A DNA stretch of 35,672 bases from Halobacteriales archaeon (GTDB lineage: Archaea > Halobacteriota > Halobacteria > Halobacteriales > Hikarchaeaceae). Made by a program: the position numbers and the translations under genes. The stretch lies in NCBI GenBank assembly GCA_042219705.1, contig JBDGPL010000130.1:1-35672 (forward strand). Reading direction: 5' to 3'. Positions within the stretch are counted from its first letter, which is position 1, and the number at the start of each line of letters is the position of its first letter. The notes below the pieces were generated by a model, which was not told where the DNA came from, made no database searches, and saw only the letters and a list, made by a program, of their open reading frames with translations. Below are positions 14,349 through 23,741 of this stretch, piece by piece.

Positions 14349-15146
14349 TCACCCGAACGTTCCCAGGCTGGCCTGCAGCTCCCGGTCGGTCGGGCCGGGG
14401 TCGAGGTCGTGACCGACCAGCTCCCGGAGGTCGACGGCGTAGGTGCCGGCGGCCCGCCGGAGCACGAGCAGCCGCCCCTTGGTCCCGACGACGGTGCCCG
14501 TCGCGAGCGTCTCCGCGACCGGGCGCTCGGCCAGGGCGAGCCCGTAGTCGAAGCGGAAGGTGTCGATGACGTCGTAGCGGTCGAGGGCCGCCGCCCACGC
14601 GGCCTCGTCGAGGGGTTCGGCGAGCCCCTCGATCTTGGTCCGGACGGTCACCCGGTCGGGCACGTCCGCGGCCAGCTCGCGCTCGACGCGCCGGGCGATG
14701 CGGCCGTCGGAGACCGTGTGGAGGTGGGCGGCCCGGTCGGCCCCCTGCTCGCGCAGCCGGATGGGCAGCCGCGCCAGCCGGGTCACCCCGACCTTCAGCA
14801 CGTCGGGGGCGAACGCCGCCAGGTAGACGGCGTGCTCGGCGTCGCAGGCCGGGATGGGTTTGTCGCAGTTCCCGGTACACCGCGCGCAGGGCCAGTCGTC
14901 GGCGTGGTCCGGACAGTAGGGGGCCTCGGCGGCGTCGCAGGCCTCGTGGGACTCCCCGGCCAGCTCGCCCGCGCAGTGTCGCCGGCCCAGCGTATACGAA
15001 AGCTCCCGGTCCGGCGCCAGCGGCTCGCGGCGCACCCACCCGTCGTCGGCGAGCAGCAGCGCGGGCTCGTCGGGCTCGCCGACAATGCCAGCGGTGGGGT
15101 CGAACCCGAGCCCGTCCAGCCCGGTGTCGTAGCCGACGACCTGCAC
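14349..15146 (-). CDS. Conserved Cys-rich protein (DUF2797-like)
   Basis: 265 aa with a Cys cluster (HCAGE..HEACD..YCPDH..WPCARCTGNCD..PACD) followed by a beta-rich C-terminal region. Composition is acidic and codon-consistent. Confidence 0.65.
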   Translation of the reverse strand: MQVVGYDTGLDGLGFDPTAGIVGEPDEPALLLADDGWVRREPLAPDRELSYTLGRRHCAGELAGESHEACDAAEAPYCPDHADDWPCARCTGNCDKPIPACDAEHAVYLAAFAPDVLKVGVTRLARLPIRLREQGADRAAHLHTVSDGRIARRVERELAADVPDRVTVRTKIEGLAEPLDEAAWAAALDRYDVIDTFRFDYGLALAERPVAETLATGTVVGTKGRLLVLRRAAGTYAVDLRELVGHDLDPGPTDRELQASLGTFG

Positions 15147-15218
15147 GGCCGCGGGTTGTCGGCACCCGGATAAAGCGCTGGCGCTCGTTCGCCGGCTCGT
15201 GGCCGCGCGTGGGTTCGC

Positions 15219-16058
15219 TCAGGCCCCCGCCGGACGCTCGGCCTCGAACAGCCGATCGCCGCAGGCCGCACAGGTCACCGCCGCGACCTGGACCGACCGG
15301 CAGCACGACTCGACGGTCTCCTCGCCGAGCTCGACCGGCCCGTCGCAGGTCGGGCACCGCTCGAGGAACAACCGGAGGCCGCGCAGGACCTGACCGCGCT
15401 CGCCCGGGGCCAGCCGGGACCACCCCTGGAGGCGGTCGCCGAGGACCCGGGCGCCCGCCATGTCCGCGAGGAAGGCGCCTTCCGACTCCCACTGGCCGAC
15501 CTTGCGGCGGCGGTCGACGGCCGGCCCGTCAGCCATGGCGACGAACGCGTCGCCGTGCTCGATGAACTCGAGCGCCGTCGGCGGCACGTCGAGGAGCGCG
15601 GCCAGGTCGTCCCGCGTCGCGTCCGACTCCCGGAGCGTCTCGATCTGGTCGGTCCAGGCGGCCCGGACGTCGTCAGTCAGGCAGAGGTCGTCGACGTCCG
15701 CGCACTCGGTCACCGCGCCGGCACGCTGCAGGGCTGCCGTCGGGTCGACGTCGCCGTCGGCCGGCGCCCCCGCCGTGCCGTGCTCGAAGTACTGCAGAAC
15801 CCGCTCGGGGAGGAAGGCCCGGGTGAGCCGCGGCGTGCCGGGGACGAGGTAGCCCCGGAGGGCGATGACGGTCCCGAAGCCACCCAGGGCCAGGCCGGCG
15901 GCCGCGAGCGACGCGCCGGGCCCGAACGGAACGGCGAGCCCGATGAGGACGGCGCCCACGACGGCGATGGCCGCGTTCACCGCCGTGCAGGGCCAGCACC
16001 GGTTGTCGCCGGTGTACGCCGGACGCCGGACCGCGTCGAGCCGGTCGGCGAGCGCCAT
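15219..16058 (-). CDS. Membrane protein with N-terminal CxxC, two TM helices and a C-terminal double CxxC zinc ribbon, function unknown
   Basis: MALADRLDAVRRPAYTGDNRCWPCTAVNAAIAVVGAVLIGLAV...ERCPTCDGPVELGEETVESCCRSVQVAAVTCAACGDRLF. ATG at complement 16056-16058, with an alternative GTG at 16088. Confidence 0.6.
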   Translation of the reverse strand: MALADRLDAVRRPAYTGDNRCWPCTAVNAAIAVVGAVLIGLAVPFGPGASLAAAGLALGGFGTVIALRGYLVPGTPRLTRAFLPERVLQYFEHGTAGAPADGDVDPTAALQRAGAVTECADVDDLCLTDDVRAAWTDQIETLRESDATRDDLAALLDVPPTALEFIEHGDAFVAMADGPAVDRRRKVGQWESEGAFLADMAGARVLGDRLQGWSRLAPGERGQVLRGLRLFLERCPTCDGPVELGEETVESCCRSVQVAAVTCAACGDRLFEAERPAGA

Positions 16059-16109
16059 CGGTGTCGGGCCTATTCGCCGGAACGACACTAATCTACCGAC
16101 GCCGCGTCG

Positions 16110-17036
16110 TCAGCCCCGTTCCTCGAGGAGCTCCCGGGTCGCCCGCCGGACCGCTTCGTCGGAGGCGAGCGCGGCCTCCCAGCCCAGCGCCTCGAGCTTC
16201 GAGACGTCGAGCTGCATCCGGGGGACGTCACCGACCCAGCCCCGGTCGCCGCCGGTGTGCTCGAGGGTCGGATCGAGGCCCATCTCGTCGGCGACGATGG
16301 CCGCGATGTCGTCGACCCGGGTCGCGTCCCGGGTCCCGAGGTTGTAGACGTTGACCGGGTCGTCCGCCGCCTCGATGACGGTCACCATCGCGTCGACGCA
16401 GTCGTCGACGTGGAGGTAGGACTTCCGCTGGCGGCCGTCGCCGAGCACCTCGAGGCGGTCGGGGTCGCGTTTGAGCTTCTCGATGAAGTCGACGATGACG
16501 GCGCCGGGCTGCAGGCGGGGCCCCACCACGTTGGCGAACCGGAACGACCAGGTGGTGAAGCCGTGGCTGTGGCCGTAGACGGAGAGCAGCGCCTCCTCGG
16601 CGACCTTGCTCGCCCCGTAGACGCTGATCGGCTCGGGCGGGTGGTCCTCGGGCGTCGGCCGTGGCGCCTCGCCGTAGACCGTCGACGAGGAGGTGAACGC
16701 GAGCTTGCGGACGCCCGCCGCGTCCATCCGCTCGACGACGGTCTCGGTGAGCCGGTTGTTGAGGCGGAACTGGTCGACGTCGTCGCGGTCGGCGGCCTTG
16801 TCGGCGGCGCAGTGCACGACGAGGTCGAGGCCGTCGGTGATGACCTCGGCGGCCACGGCCGGGTCCGTCAGGTCCCCCTCGACGAACCCGGCCCCGTCGG
16901 GCACCCAGTCCGCGTCGCCGTTCGCGAGGTTGTCGACCACGGTCACCTCGTTGTCGGCGACGAGCCGCTCGGCGAGGTGGGAGCCCACGAAGCCCGCGCC
17001 GCCGGTCACCAGCACCCGGGCGCCCGAGAGGTCCAT
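16110..17036 (-). CDS. NAD-dependent nucleotide-sugar epimerase/dehydratase (extended SDR)
   Basis: 308 aa: VLVTGGAGFVGSHL Rossmann motif and YGASKVAEE catalytic YxxxK. Confidence 0.9.
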   Translation of the reverse strand: MDLSGARVLVTGGAGFVGSHLAERLVADNEVTVVDNLANGDADWVPDGAGFVEGDLTDPAVAAEVITDGLDLVVHCAADKAADRDDVDQFRLNNRLTETVVERMDAAGVRKLAFTSSSTVYGEAPRPTPEDHPPEPISVYGASKVAEEALLSVYGHSHGFTTWSFRFANVVGPRLQPGAVIVDFIEKLKRDPDRLEVLGDGRQRKSYLHVDDCVDAMVTVIEAADDPVNVYNLGTRDATRVDDIAAIVADEMGLDPTLEHTGGDRGWVGDVPRMQLDVSKLEALGWEAALASDEAVRRATRELLEERG

Positions 17037-17101
17037 AGGCCCGCCAGCGACGGCGGGGGTAAGTCCATTCCGGTCGCTTCGAGTGATTGCCGACGGCGGG
17101 A

Positions 17102-18025
17102 TCAGCCGTCAGCCGGCCACTCGACCCCGGTCAGCCGCTCGCTGGCCGTCCAGAGTCGCTCGGCGAGGGCGTCGTCCCGCGCGGTGGCCGATGGTTCGAC
17201 GCGTTCGCCGTCGCTGAAGTACGCCCCGGTGACGTCGGCGACGGCCGGGGAGGCGGCGAGGTAGACCGGGGTCTCGGCGCCCTCGGCGGGGGTCCGGACG
17301 ACGCCCGGGCGGACGGCCCGCGGGAGCCCCGCCAGCAGCTTGACGACGGCTCGCACGTACAGCGGCCCGTGGCGCCAGATACCGCTACCGGGCACGAACC
17401 CCGGGGGGAGCGCGTTCGCGGTCGGCCCGTCGAGCCGGTCGGCGAGCGCCCGGACGAACAGGACGTTGGCGAGCTTCGACCGGGAGTAGGCGTCGAGGCC
17501 GTCGTAGTCGGCGACGTCGGTGAACGCGTCGAGGTCGAGGCCGACCCGACGATGGGTGTCCGACGACACGACCACGATCCGCCCGTCGTCGGGGAGGCGG
17601 TCGACCAGCCGGGCGGTGAGCACGAACGGCGCGAGGTGGTTGACGGCGACGGTCCGTTCGACGCCGTCCTCGGTCAGCGCCCCGCGGTGGAAGTGCGCCC
17701 CGGCATTGTGGACGAAGACGTCGATCGTACGGGCCGCATCGGCCAGTCGCTCGGCCAGCGCCTCGACCGCTGTCAGTGCCGTGAAGTCCGCGGGGTAGAA
17801 GCCGGCATCCGGTGCCCCCGCCCGGTCGAGCGCGGCGACGACGGCCTTGCCCCGCTCCCGGTCCCGCCCGTGGACGAGGATCCGGGCGCCGAGCCGGCCC
17901 AGGGCCAGCGCGGTTTCGCGGCCGATGCCGTTCGTGGCGCCGGTCACCAGCGCGGTTCGCCCCGACAGGTCGATCCCGTCGACGCTGGCGCCGACCTCGG
18001 GTCGGTAGCCCATTGGGGGCCCCAT
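17102..18025 (-). CDS. Short-chain dehydrogenase/reductase (classical SDR, retinol-dehydrogenase-like)
   Basis: ALVTGATNGIGRE (TGxxxGIG), HNAG, and YSRSKLANV (YxxxK). The start may be one of the nearby internal Met codons. Confidence 0.85.
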   Translation of the reverse strand: MGPPMGYRPEVGASVDGIDLSGRTALVTGATNGIGRETALALGRLGARILVHGRDRERGKAVVAALDRAGAPDAGFYPADFTALTAVEALAERLADAARTIDVFVHNAGAHFHRGALTEDGVERTVAVNHLAPFVLTARLVDRLPDDGRIVVVSSDTHRRVGLDLDAFTDVADYDGLDAYSRSKLANVLFVRALADRLDGPTANALPPGFVPGSGIWRHGPLYVRAVVKLLAGLPRAVRPGVVRTPAEGAETPVYLAASPAVADVTGAYFSDGERVEPSATARDDALAERLWTASERLTGVEWPADG

Positions 18026-18110
18026 CGGAACGGAACCATCTAAATCGACGCCCCGCGGCGGTCGACGGCGAGCCGAAACGCGTTACCGCCCGCCCCACCT
18101 GACCGGCACC

Positions 18111-18692
18111 ATGGAGGGCGAGCCCGAGGTCTGCGTCGTCCGGCTCGGCCACCGCCCCGGCCGGGACGAGCGGATGACCACCCACGTCGGGTTGACGGCC
18201 AGAGCCTTCGGCGCCGACCGGGTGGTGCTCCCCGAGGCCGCCGGCCACGCCCGGGAGACCGTGGCCGACGTCACCGCCCGATTCGGTGGGCCGTTCGCGG
18301 TCGAGGCTCGCTCGGATCCGGCGGACCTCCTCGAGGCCTGGGACGGCCCCGTCGTCCACCTCACGATGTACGGCGAGCCGGTCCAGGACCGCGTCGACGC
18401 GGTACGGGACGCCCGGGCCGACGCGGCGCTCCTCGTGGTCGTGGGGGCCGGGAAGGTGCCCTTCGACGTCTACGAGCGCGCGGACTGGAACCTGGCCGTG
18501 ACCAACCAGCCCCACTCGGAGGTGGCGGCGCTCGCGGTGTTCCTCGACCGGCTGTTCGGCGGCCGGGAGCTCGACCGGGACTGGCGGGACGCCCGGCGAC
18601 GGGTCGTCCCCCGGGAGGCGGGAAAACGCGTCGAGCCGGTGGCCGGCGACGCGGCCGAACCCGGCGCGGGCGACGCGGAGTCCGGCGAGTGA
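18111..18692 (+). CDS. trm56: tRNA (cytidine56-2'-O)-methyltransferase (aTrm56, SPOUT family)
   Basis: VVRLGHRPGRDERMTTHVGLTARAFGADRVV...VHLTMYG...VVVGAGKVP...ADWNLAVTNQPHSEVAALAVFLDRL. This is the canonical aTrm56 pattern. Confidence 0.85.
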   Translation: MEGEPEVCVVRLGHRPGRDERMTTHVGLTARAFGADRVVLPEAAGHARETVADVTARFGGPFAVEARSDPADLLEAWDGPVVHLTMYGEPVQDRVDAVRDARADAALLVVVGAGKVPFDVYERADWNLAVTNQPHSEVAALAVFLDRLFGGRELDRDWRDARRRVVPREAGKRVEPVAGDAAEPGAGDAESGE

Positions 18693-18728
18693 ACAGATTG
18701 AAGGTTCGCGCGCCCCCAGGAATCGGCA

Positions 18729-19268
18729 ATGGCTTTTGAAGGGCTGCTCGAGGACCCGGTCATCCAGAAGTACCTCCACGAGCTGGTCGGCCCGCGGGGG
18801 ATGCCGGTGGCCGCGGCGCCCCCCGACGGCGAGGTCACCGACGAGGAGCTCGCCGAGGAGCTCGACCTCGAGCTCAACGACGTCCGCCGGTCGCTGTTCA
18901 TCCTCTACGAGAACGACCTGGCGAGCTACCGGCGGGTCCGCGACGAGGACTCGGGCTGGTTGACCTACCTCTGGACCTTCGAGTACGACAACATCCCCGA
19001 GAACCTCGAGGCGGAGATGTACCGGCTGCTCGACGCCCTCGAGGAGCGCCTGGAGTACGAGGAGGACCACGAGTTCTACCTCTGTGAGGTCTGCTCGCTG
19101 CGCTTCGAGTTCGGGGAGGCGATGGATCACGGCTTCGAGTGCCCCGAGTGCGGCTCGCCGCTCGAGAGCCTGGCCAACACCCACCTCATCGACGCCATGG
19201 AGGACCGCCTCGCGGCGCTGCGCGACGAGCTCAACGTCGAGGCGCTCGGCATCCCCGCCGACGCCTGA
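18729..19268 (+). CDS. tfe: Transcription factor E (TFE alpha, TFIIE-alpha homologue)
   Basis: The winged-helix N-terminus (VIQKYLHELVG..VTDEELAEELDLELNDVRRSLFILYENDLASYRRVRDEDSGWLTYLW) is followed by a zinc ribbon (FYLCEVCSLRFEF..FECPECGSPL). Confidence 0.9.
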   Translation: MAFEGLLEDPVIQKYLHELVGPRGMPVAAAPPDGEVTDEELAEELDLELNDVRRSLFILYENDLASYRRVRDEDSGWLTYLWTFEYDNIPENLEAEMYRLLDALEERLEYEEDHEFYLCEVCSLRFEFGEAMDHGFECPECGSPLESLANTHLIDAMEDRLAALRDELNVEALGIPADA

Positions 19269-19270
19269 GG

Positions 19271-19939
19271 ATGGTGGTCCTGGCGACGAAGGTGTACGTC
19301 AGCGGCGAGGCCCGCGAGCGGGCCCTGGACGGCCTCCGCTCGCTCGTCGAGGACGCCCTCGGCGAGCTCGACGTCTCGGCCGAGGTCGGGGTGCGGCGCG
19401 ACGGGTTCCCCGCGGTGACCGTCGAGGGGCCCGACGCCGAGGCCGCCCGGAACGTGTTGCGCGACGCCTGGGGTGAGGTCACCCCGACCCGTCGGACCGA
19501 CGCGGTCCACGTCGGCACCCTGGAGGCCTGGGACGACGACGGGTTCGAACTCGACGCCGGCGAGCCCGTTCGCGTCCCGGCCGACGAACTCGGCCTGGGC
19601 CCCGGGACGCCGGGCCAGGTGCGGCGGCGGTTCGGCCTGGTCCAGCACGTGCCCCTGCGGTTCGTGGCCGGCGACCCGCCACGGCTGGCCGACGCCGAGC
19701 GCGACCGGCTGTTCGGCTGGCGGCGGGGAGCCGGCCGGGTCAACGTCAACAGCGCGACCCGCAGCGAGGTCCGCGCGACGGTCAACCGCGCGGGCCACGC
19801 CGACGACGTGGTGACCGTCGACCGGCTGGGCCTGCTCGAGCAGAGCGTCGTCTGCGCGGCGGGCACCGACCCCCCGGGGCTGCTCGCGGCCATCGGTCCC
19901 TACCTCCGGTCGGAGCTGCTGGCCGTGGTGCCGTCGTGA
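19271..19939 (+). CDS. Conserved archaeal protein (DUF2110-like)
   Basis: Internal ATG at 19271 (MVVLATKVYVSGEARERALDGLRSLVEDALGELDV...), 2 nt after the tfe stop. It lies immediately downstream of tfe. Confidence 0.7.
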   Translation: MVVLATKVYVSGEARERALDGLRSLVEDALGELDVSAEVGVRRDGFPAVTVEGPDAEAARNVLRDAWGEVTPTRRTDAVHVGTLEAWDDDGFELDAGEPVRVPADELGLGPGTPGQVRRRFGLVQHVPLRFVAGDPPRLADAERDRLFGWRRGAGRVNVNSATRSEVRATVNRAGHADDVVTVDRLGLLEQSVVCAAGTDPPGLLAAIGPYLRSELLAVVPS

Positions 19940-20664
19940 CCCGGCTGCTCCCGCTCGGGCTGCTCGTCGTGCTGGCCGCGACGGCCGGCTGTACCGGGGC
20001 GTTCGGCGGCGGGGAGATCGACCGGACGGCGCTTGCCGGGAACCAGTCCTACGACTGGGACACGTCGGCCGACGCGACGCTCACGGTGCAGCGGGACAGC
20101 GTCCTCGCCGTCTACGCCGTCGAGAACCGGTCCACCGTCGAGGTCTACGCCTTCCAGCGGTTCAACAACGAGCGGGCCATCACCCCGGGCGCGGTGCGCT
20201 TTCGGTACCCCAACGGCACCGTCGTCGGGCCCGAGGCGATGTCGTTCTCACGGGCCAACTCCCGGACCGTCGTCGAGCTCCCGGCGAACGAGGGCCAGCT
20301 CGCGATGACGCTGCCGAAGTCCGGCAAGCGGGTCCGGCTGCCGGTCCTCGTCGAGGGCTCCCACGAGCTCGTGCTGCCCCGGAACGCCGAGGTCCGGTAC
20401 TTCCTGCTCGGCCGGGTAGTGCCGCCGGCCGACGACCGCTTCGTGGGGACCGACGGCCGGGTCCACCTCGTGTGGGACGAGGTCGGCCGGAACCGGCTGG
20501 TCGTCGAGTACTACCTCGAGCGCGACCTGGCCATCTTCGCGGTCGTGGCCGCGCTGGCCGGCTTGCTGGCCGTCGGCGGGCTGGTCTATTTCTGGCTGCA
20601 GCTGCGCGAGCTCCGGGAGCGCCGCCAGCAGGTCGCCTGGGAGGACGACCCGGGCGCGCCGTGA
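19936..20664 (+). CDS. Predicted lipoprotein with a C-terminal TM anchor (DUF5803-like)
   Basis: The GTG start overlaps the previous stop (GTGA). Signal peptide plus lipobox LAATAGC, N-glycosylation sequons (NQS, NRS, NGT), and a C-terminal TM helix LAIFAVVAALAGLLAVGGLVYFWL. Confidence 0.7.
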   Translation: MTRLLPLGLLVVLAATAGCTGAFGGGEIDRTALAGNQSYDWDTSADATLTVQRDSVLAVYAVENRSTVEVYAFQRFNNERAITPGAVRFRYPNGTVVGPEAMSFSRANSRTVVELPANEGQLAMTLPKSGKRVRLPVLVEGSHELVLPRNAEVRYFLLGRVVPPADDRFVGTDGRVHLVWDEVGRNRLVVEYYLERDLAIFAVVAALAGLLAVGGLVYFWLQLRELRERRQQVAWEDDPGAP

Positions 20665-20730
20665 CCGGCCACCCCGCTGCCGACGGCCGTGCCCCGCGGA
20701 CTTTTGCCCCCGCGGCCCGGAGCGTTGGCC

Positions 20731-21429
20731 ATGCGCGTCGGCCTCGTGACGGTCGGCGATGAGCTCCTCGCCGGCGACACCGTCAACACCAACGCGGCCT
20801 GGCTCGGCGAGCAGCTCGACCGCCGGGGAGCGCGGGTCGAACGCGTCGTCGTCGTCCCGGACCGCGTCGGCGATATCGCGGCCGAGGTCAACCGGCTCCG
20901 GGCGGCCTACGATGCCGTGGTGGTCACCGGCGGGCTCGGGCCGACCCACGACGACGTGACCATGGACGGCGTGGCGGCCGCGCTGGGCGTCCCCGTCGAG
21001 CCCAGCGACGAGGCGGCCGCCTGGTACGACGAGCACGGCGAGTACGACCGGGACGACCTGGTCGCGGGAACCACCGACCTGCCCCGGGGCGCCCGGCTCC
21101 TGCCCAACACCGAGGGCGTGGCGCCCGGCGCGGTGTGTACCGGCGAGGACGGCGTCCCCATCTACGTCCTCCCGGGGGTCCCCGAGGAGATGGAGGCGAT
21201 GTTCGAGCGGGTCGCCGACGAGTTCGAGGGCCGCCCGCGCGAGCGGGCGTTCGTCGAGACCACCGAACCCGAGAGCGCCCTCATCGACCGGTTGGAGACG
21301 CTCCAGGCGCGCTACGACGGCGTCACCGTGGGTTCGTACCCGAGCCCGGGCCGGGTCCGGGTGAAGGTCGAGGACGCCGAGGCGGTCCGGGCGGCGGCCG
21401 ACTGGCTCCGCGAGCGGGTCGAGGAGTGA
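20731..21429 (+). CDS. Molybdopterin-binding (MoaB/MogA/CinA N-terminal-like) domain protein
   Basis: ATG at 20731: MRVGLVTVGDELLAGDTVNTNAAWLGEQL..VVVTGGLGPTHDDVT..YVLPGVPEEM. This is the CinA-type MoCF-binding pattern. Confidence 0.8.
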   Translation: MRVGLVTVGDELLAGDTVNTNAAWLGEQLDRRGARVERVVVVPDRVGDIAAEVNRLRAAYDAVVVTGGLGPTHDDVTMDGVAAALGVPVEPSDEAAAWYDEHGEYDRDDLVAGTTDLPRGARLLPNTEGVAPGAVCTGEDGVPIYVLPGVPEEMEAMFERVADEFEGRPRERAFVETTEPESALIDRLETLQARYDGVTVGSYPSPGRVRVKVEDAEAVRAAADWLRERVEE

Positions 21430-21489
21430 ACCTCGCCGGGTCGCCCCGCTTCCGAACGGCTTTCGGCCGGGCCCCGACTACCGGCGGCC

Positions 21490-22575
21490 ATGCGCGTCGG
21501 CTTCGTCGTCAACCCCATCGCCGGCATGGGGGGCCGGGTCGGCCTCAAGGGCACCGACGGCAAGGTGGACGAGGCCCGGGAGCGCGGCGCCGAACCACGG
21601 GCGCCCGGCCGGGCGGTCGAGGCGCTGGCGTCGCTCCGCGAGCGGGCGCCCGACGTCGAGCTGCTGACCTACGGCGGCGTCATGGGCGAGACCGAGGCCC
21701 GCGAGGCGGGGTTCGACCCCACGGTCGTCGGCGAGCCCGACGCCCGGGCCGAGGACGCGGCGACGGCGACGACCACCGCCGCGGACACGACGGCGGCCGT
21801 CGAGGCCTTCGTCGAGCGAGCGGTCGACCTCGTCCTGTTCGTCGGCGGGGATGGCACCGCGGTGGACGTCGCCGAGACGCTCGATGGCCTCGACGCCGAC
21901 GTCCCGATGCTCGGCGTCCCCGCCGGCGTGAAGGTCTACTCCTCGGTGTTCGCCGTCACGCCCGCGGCCGCCGGACGCGTCGCGGCGACGTTCACCGACA
22001 CCGAGGAGCGCGAGGTCGTCGACCTCGACGAGGAGGCCTACCGCGAGGGCGAGGTCCGGACCCGGCTGCACGCCGTCGTCCGGGTGCCCGTCGCCGAGGC
22101 GCTGCAGTCCTCCAAACAGCTCGGCGGCGGCACCGTCGAGGGGATCGCCGAGGGCGTCGCCGACGCGGTCGAGCCCGGCGTCACCTACGTCCTCGGGCCG
22201 GGGAGCACCCTCCGGGCGGTCAAGCGCGAGCTCGGCTTCGACGGCTCGCCGCTGGGCGTCGACGTCTGGCGCGACGGCGAGGTGCTCGTCGAGGACGCGG
22301 CCGAGGCGGACATCCTCGACGCGCTGGGCGAGGAGAACGTCATCGTGGTCTCGCCCATCGGGGGCCAGGGCTTCGTCTTCGGCCGGGGGAACCAGCAGCT
22401 CTCCCCGGCCGTGATCGACCGGTGTGACGTGTGGATCGTGGCCTCGCGGCGCAAGCTCGACACCATCGGCGTGCTCCGGGTGGACACCGGCGACGAGGCC
22501 ACGGACGAGTGGCTCCGAGGCTGGCGGCGGGTCCGGACCGGCCGGTTCGAGCACCGGCTGATGGAGGTCGTCTGA
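21490..22575 (+). CDS. ATP-NAD kinase family protein (AcoX-like)
   Basis: MRVGFVVNPIAGMGGRVGLKGTDG...LVLFVGGDGT (the GGDGT motif of the NAD/diacylglycerol kinase fold)...SPIGGQGFVFGRGNQQ. Confidence 0.75.
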   Translation: MRVGFVVNPIAGMGGRVGLKGTDGKVDEARERGAEPRAPGRAVEALASLRERAPDVELLTYGGVMGETEAREAGFDPTVVGEPDARAEDAATATTTAADTTAAVEAFVERAVDLVLFVGGDGTAVDVAETLDGLDADVPMLGVPAGVKVYSSVFAVTPAAAGRVAATFTDTEEREVVDLDEEAYREGEVRTRLHAVVRVPVAEALQSSKQLGGGTVEGIAEGVADAVEPGVTYVLGPGSTLRAVKRELGFDGSPLGVDVWRDGEVLVEDAAEADILDALGEENVIVVSPIGGQGFVFGRGNQQLSPAVIDRCDVWIVASRRKLDTIGVLRVDTGDEATDEWLRGWRRVRTGRFEHRLMEVV

Positions 22576-22671
22576 GGGCTGGGCGCCCGGTCGACTGGCG
22601 GCAACGGGGCGGTACGGCCCAGTCCCTGATATCCGTCCCCGTCGCCGTCGTGTTGTGTGGCAATTAGTGGC

Positions 22672-22677
22672 ATATAG
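22672..22677 (+). promoter_or_regulatory. Candidate TATA box (ATATAG) in an AT-rich stretch upstream of the phoU-type gene
   Basis: The local GC drop at 22660-22706 (GGCAATTAGTGGCATATAGTCAACGTTAAGG) lies about 35 nt upstream of the ATG at 22707. Confidence 0.4.
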
Positions 22678-22706
22678 TCAACGTTAAGGCTTCGAGCCGG
22701 GTTATT

Positions 22707-23741
22707 ATGGCCATGGAAACGCGGAAGGTCCAGCGGCTCGGCCCCTCGACGCTGGCGATGACCCTGCCGGCGGAGTGGGCCAGCGAGCACGGCGTCGAGA
22801 AGGGCGACGAGGTGTCCATCCGGATGGGTGGCAAGGGCACGCTGACCGTGATGCCCCAGACCGCGCGGACCGGGGACACCGAGGCGACCGTCCACGCGGC
22901 CCACCTCGACGCCGAGGCCGTCGAGCGGGCCATCGTGGCGCAGTACGTCCTCGGGCGCCGGGTCATCTACGTCGAGAGCGAGGAGACGCTCGACAACGAG
23001 ACCATCAACGCCGTCTACAGCGCGGAGGCCCAGCTCATGGGCCTCGGCGTGGTCGAGGAGACGCCCGAGCGCATCGCCATCCGGTGTTCGGTCGACCCCG
23101 CCGACTTCACCCTCGACAACCTGCTCGAGCGGCTCGAGAACACCGGCTCGACGATGCGGGGGGAGGCGGTCAAGGCGCTGGCCCGCGGCGACCCCGACCT
23201 CGCCCAGCGCGCGCTGAACCGCGAGCGCCAGGCGAACAAGATCTTCGTGTTGATGCTCCGGCTCATCTTCACCGCCTACCAGAACCCGACCCTCGCGAGC
23301 GCCGTGGGCGTCACCTCGACCTTCCCCCTCATCGGCTACCGGTCCATCGCGAAGAACCTCGAGCTGACGGCCGACAACGCCCAGGACATCGCGGAGACGG
23401 TGCTCGAGATCGACGGCCATCAGCTCTCGGTCGACCAGTCGGTGGTCCGGCGCATCCGGGAGTTCACCGAGCAGGTCGACGAGCTGACGGGGATGGCGGT
23501 GCGGGCGGCCGTCGAGCGGGACTACGAGCTGACCCTCGAGGCCCGCGGGCTGTTCAAGGCGCTCGAGGACCGCGAGCGGGACATCCTCGATGACCTCCCC
23601 GAGATGGGCAACGCCGACCTCCTGCGGGTCCGGGAGGTGCTGGTCGACCTCCAGCAGACCGCGGGCTACGCCATGCGAAACGTCGAGATCGCCACGAACC
23701 TGGCGCTCGACGAGGACTCCGAATACGTGACGATCCGGTAG
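22707..23741 (+). CDS. PhoU-family regulator with an N-terminal AbrB/SpoVT-type DNA-binding domain
   Basis: The METRKVQRLGPSTLAMTLPAEWASEHGVEKGDEV swapped-hairpin AbrB motif is followed by two PhoU-like helical repeats (A..RD..LA..A...E...N). Confidence 0.8.
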   Translation: MAMETRKVQRLGPSTLAMTLPAEWASEHGVEKGDEVSIRMGGKGTLTVMPQTARTGDTEATVHAAHLDAEAVERAIVAQYVLGRRVIYVESEETLDNETINAVYSAEAQLMGLGVVEETPERIAIRCSVDPADFTLDNLLERLENTGSTMRGEAVKALARGDPDLAQRALNRERQANKIFVLMLRLIFTAYQNPTLASAVGVTSTFPLIGYRSIAKNLELTADNAQDIAETVLEIDGHQLSVDQSVVRRIREFTEQVDELTGMAVRAAVERDYELTLEARGLFKALEDRERDILDDLPEMGNADLLRVREVLVDLQQTAGYAMRNVEIATNLALDEDSEYVTIR

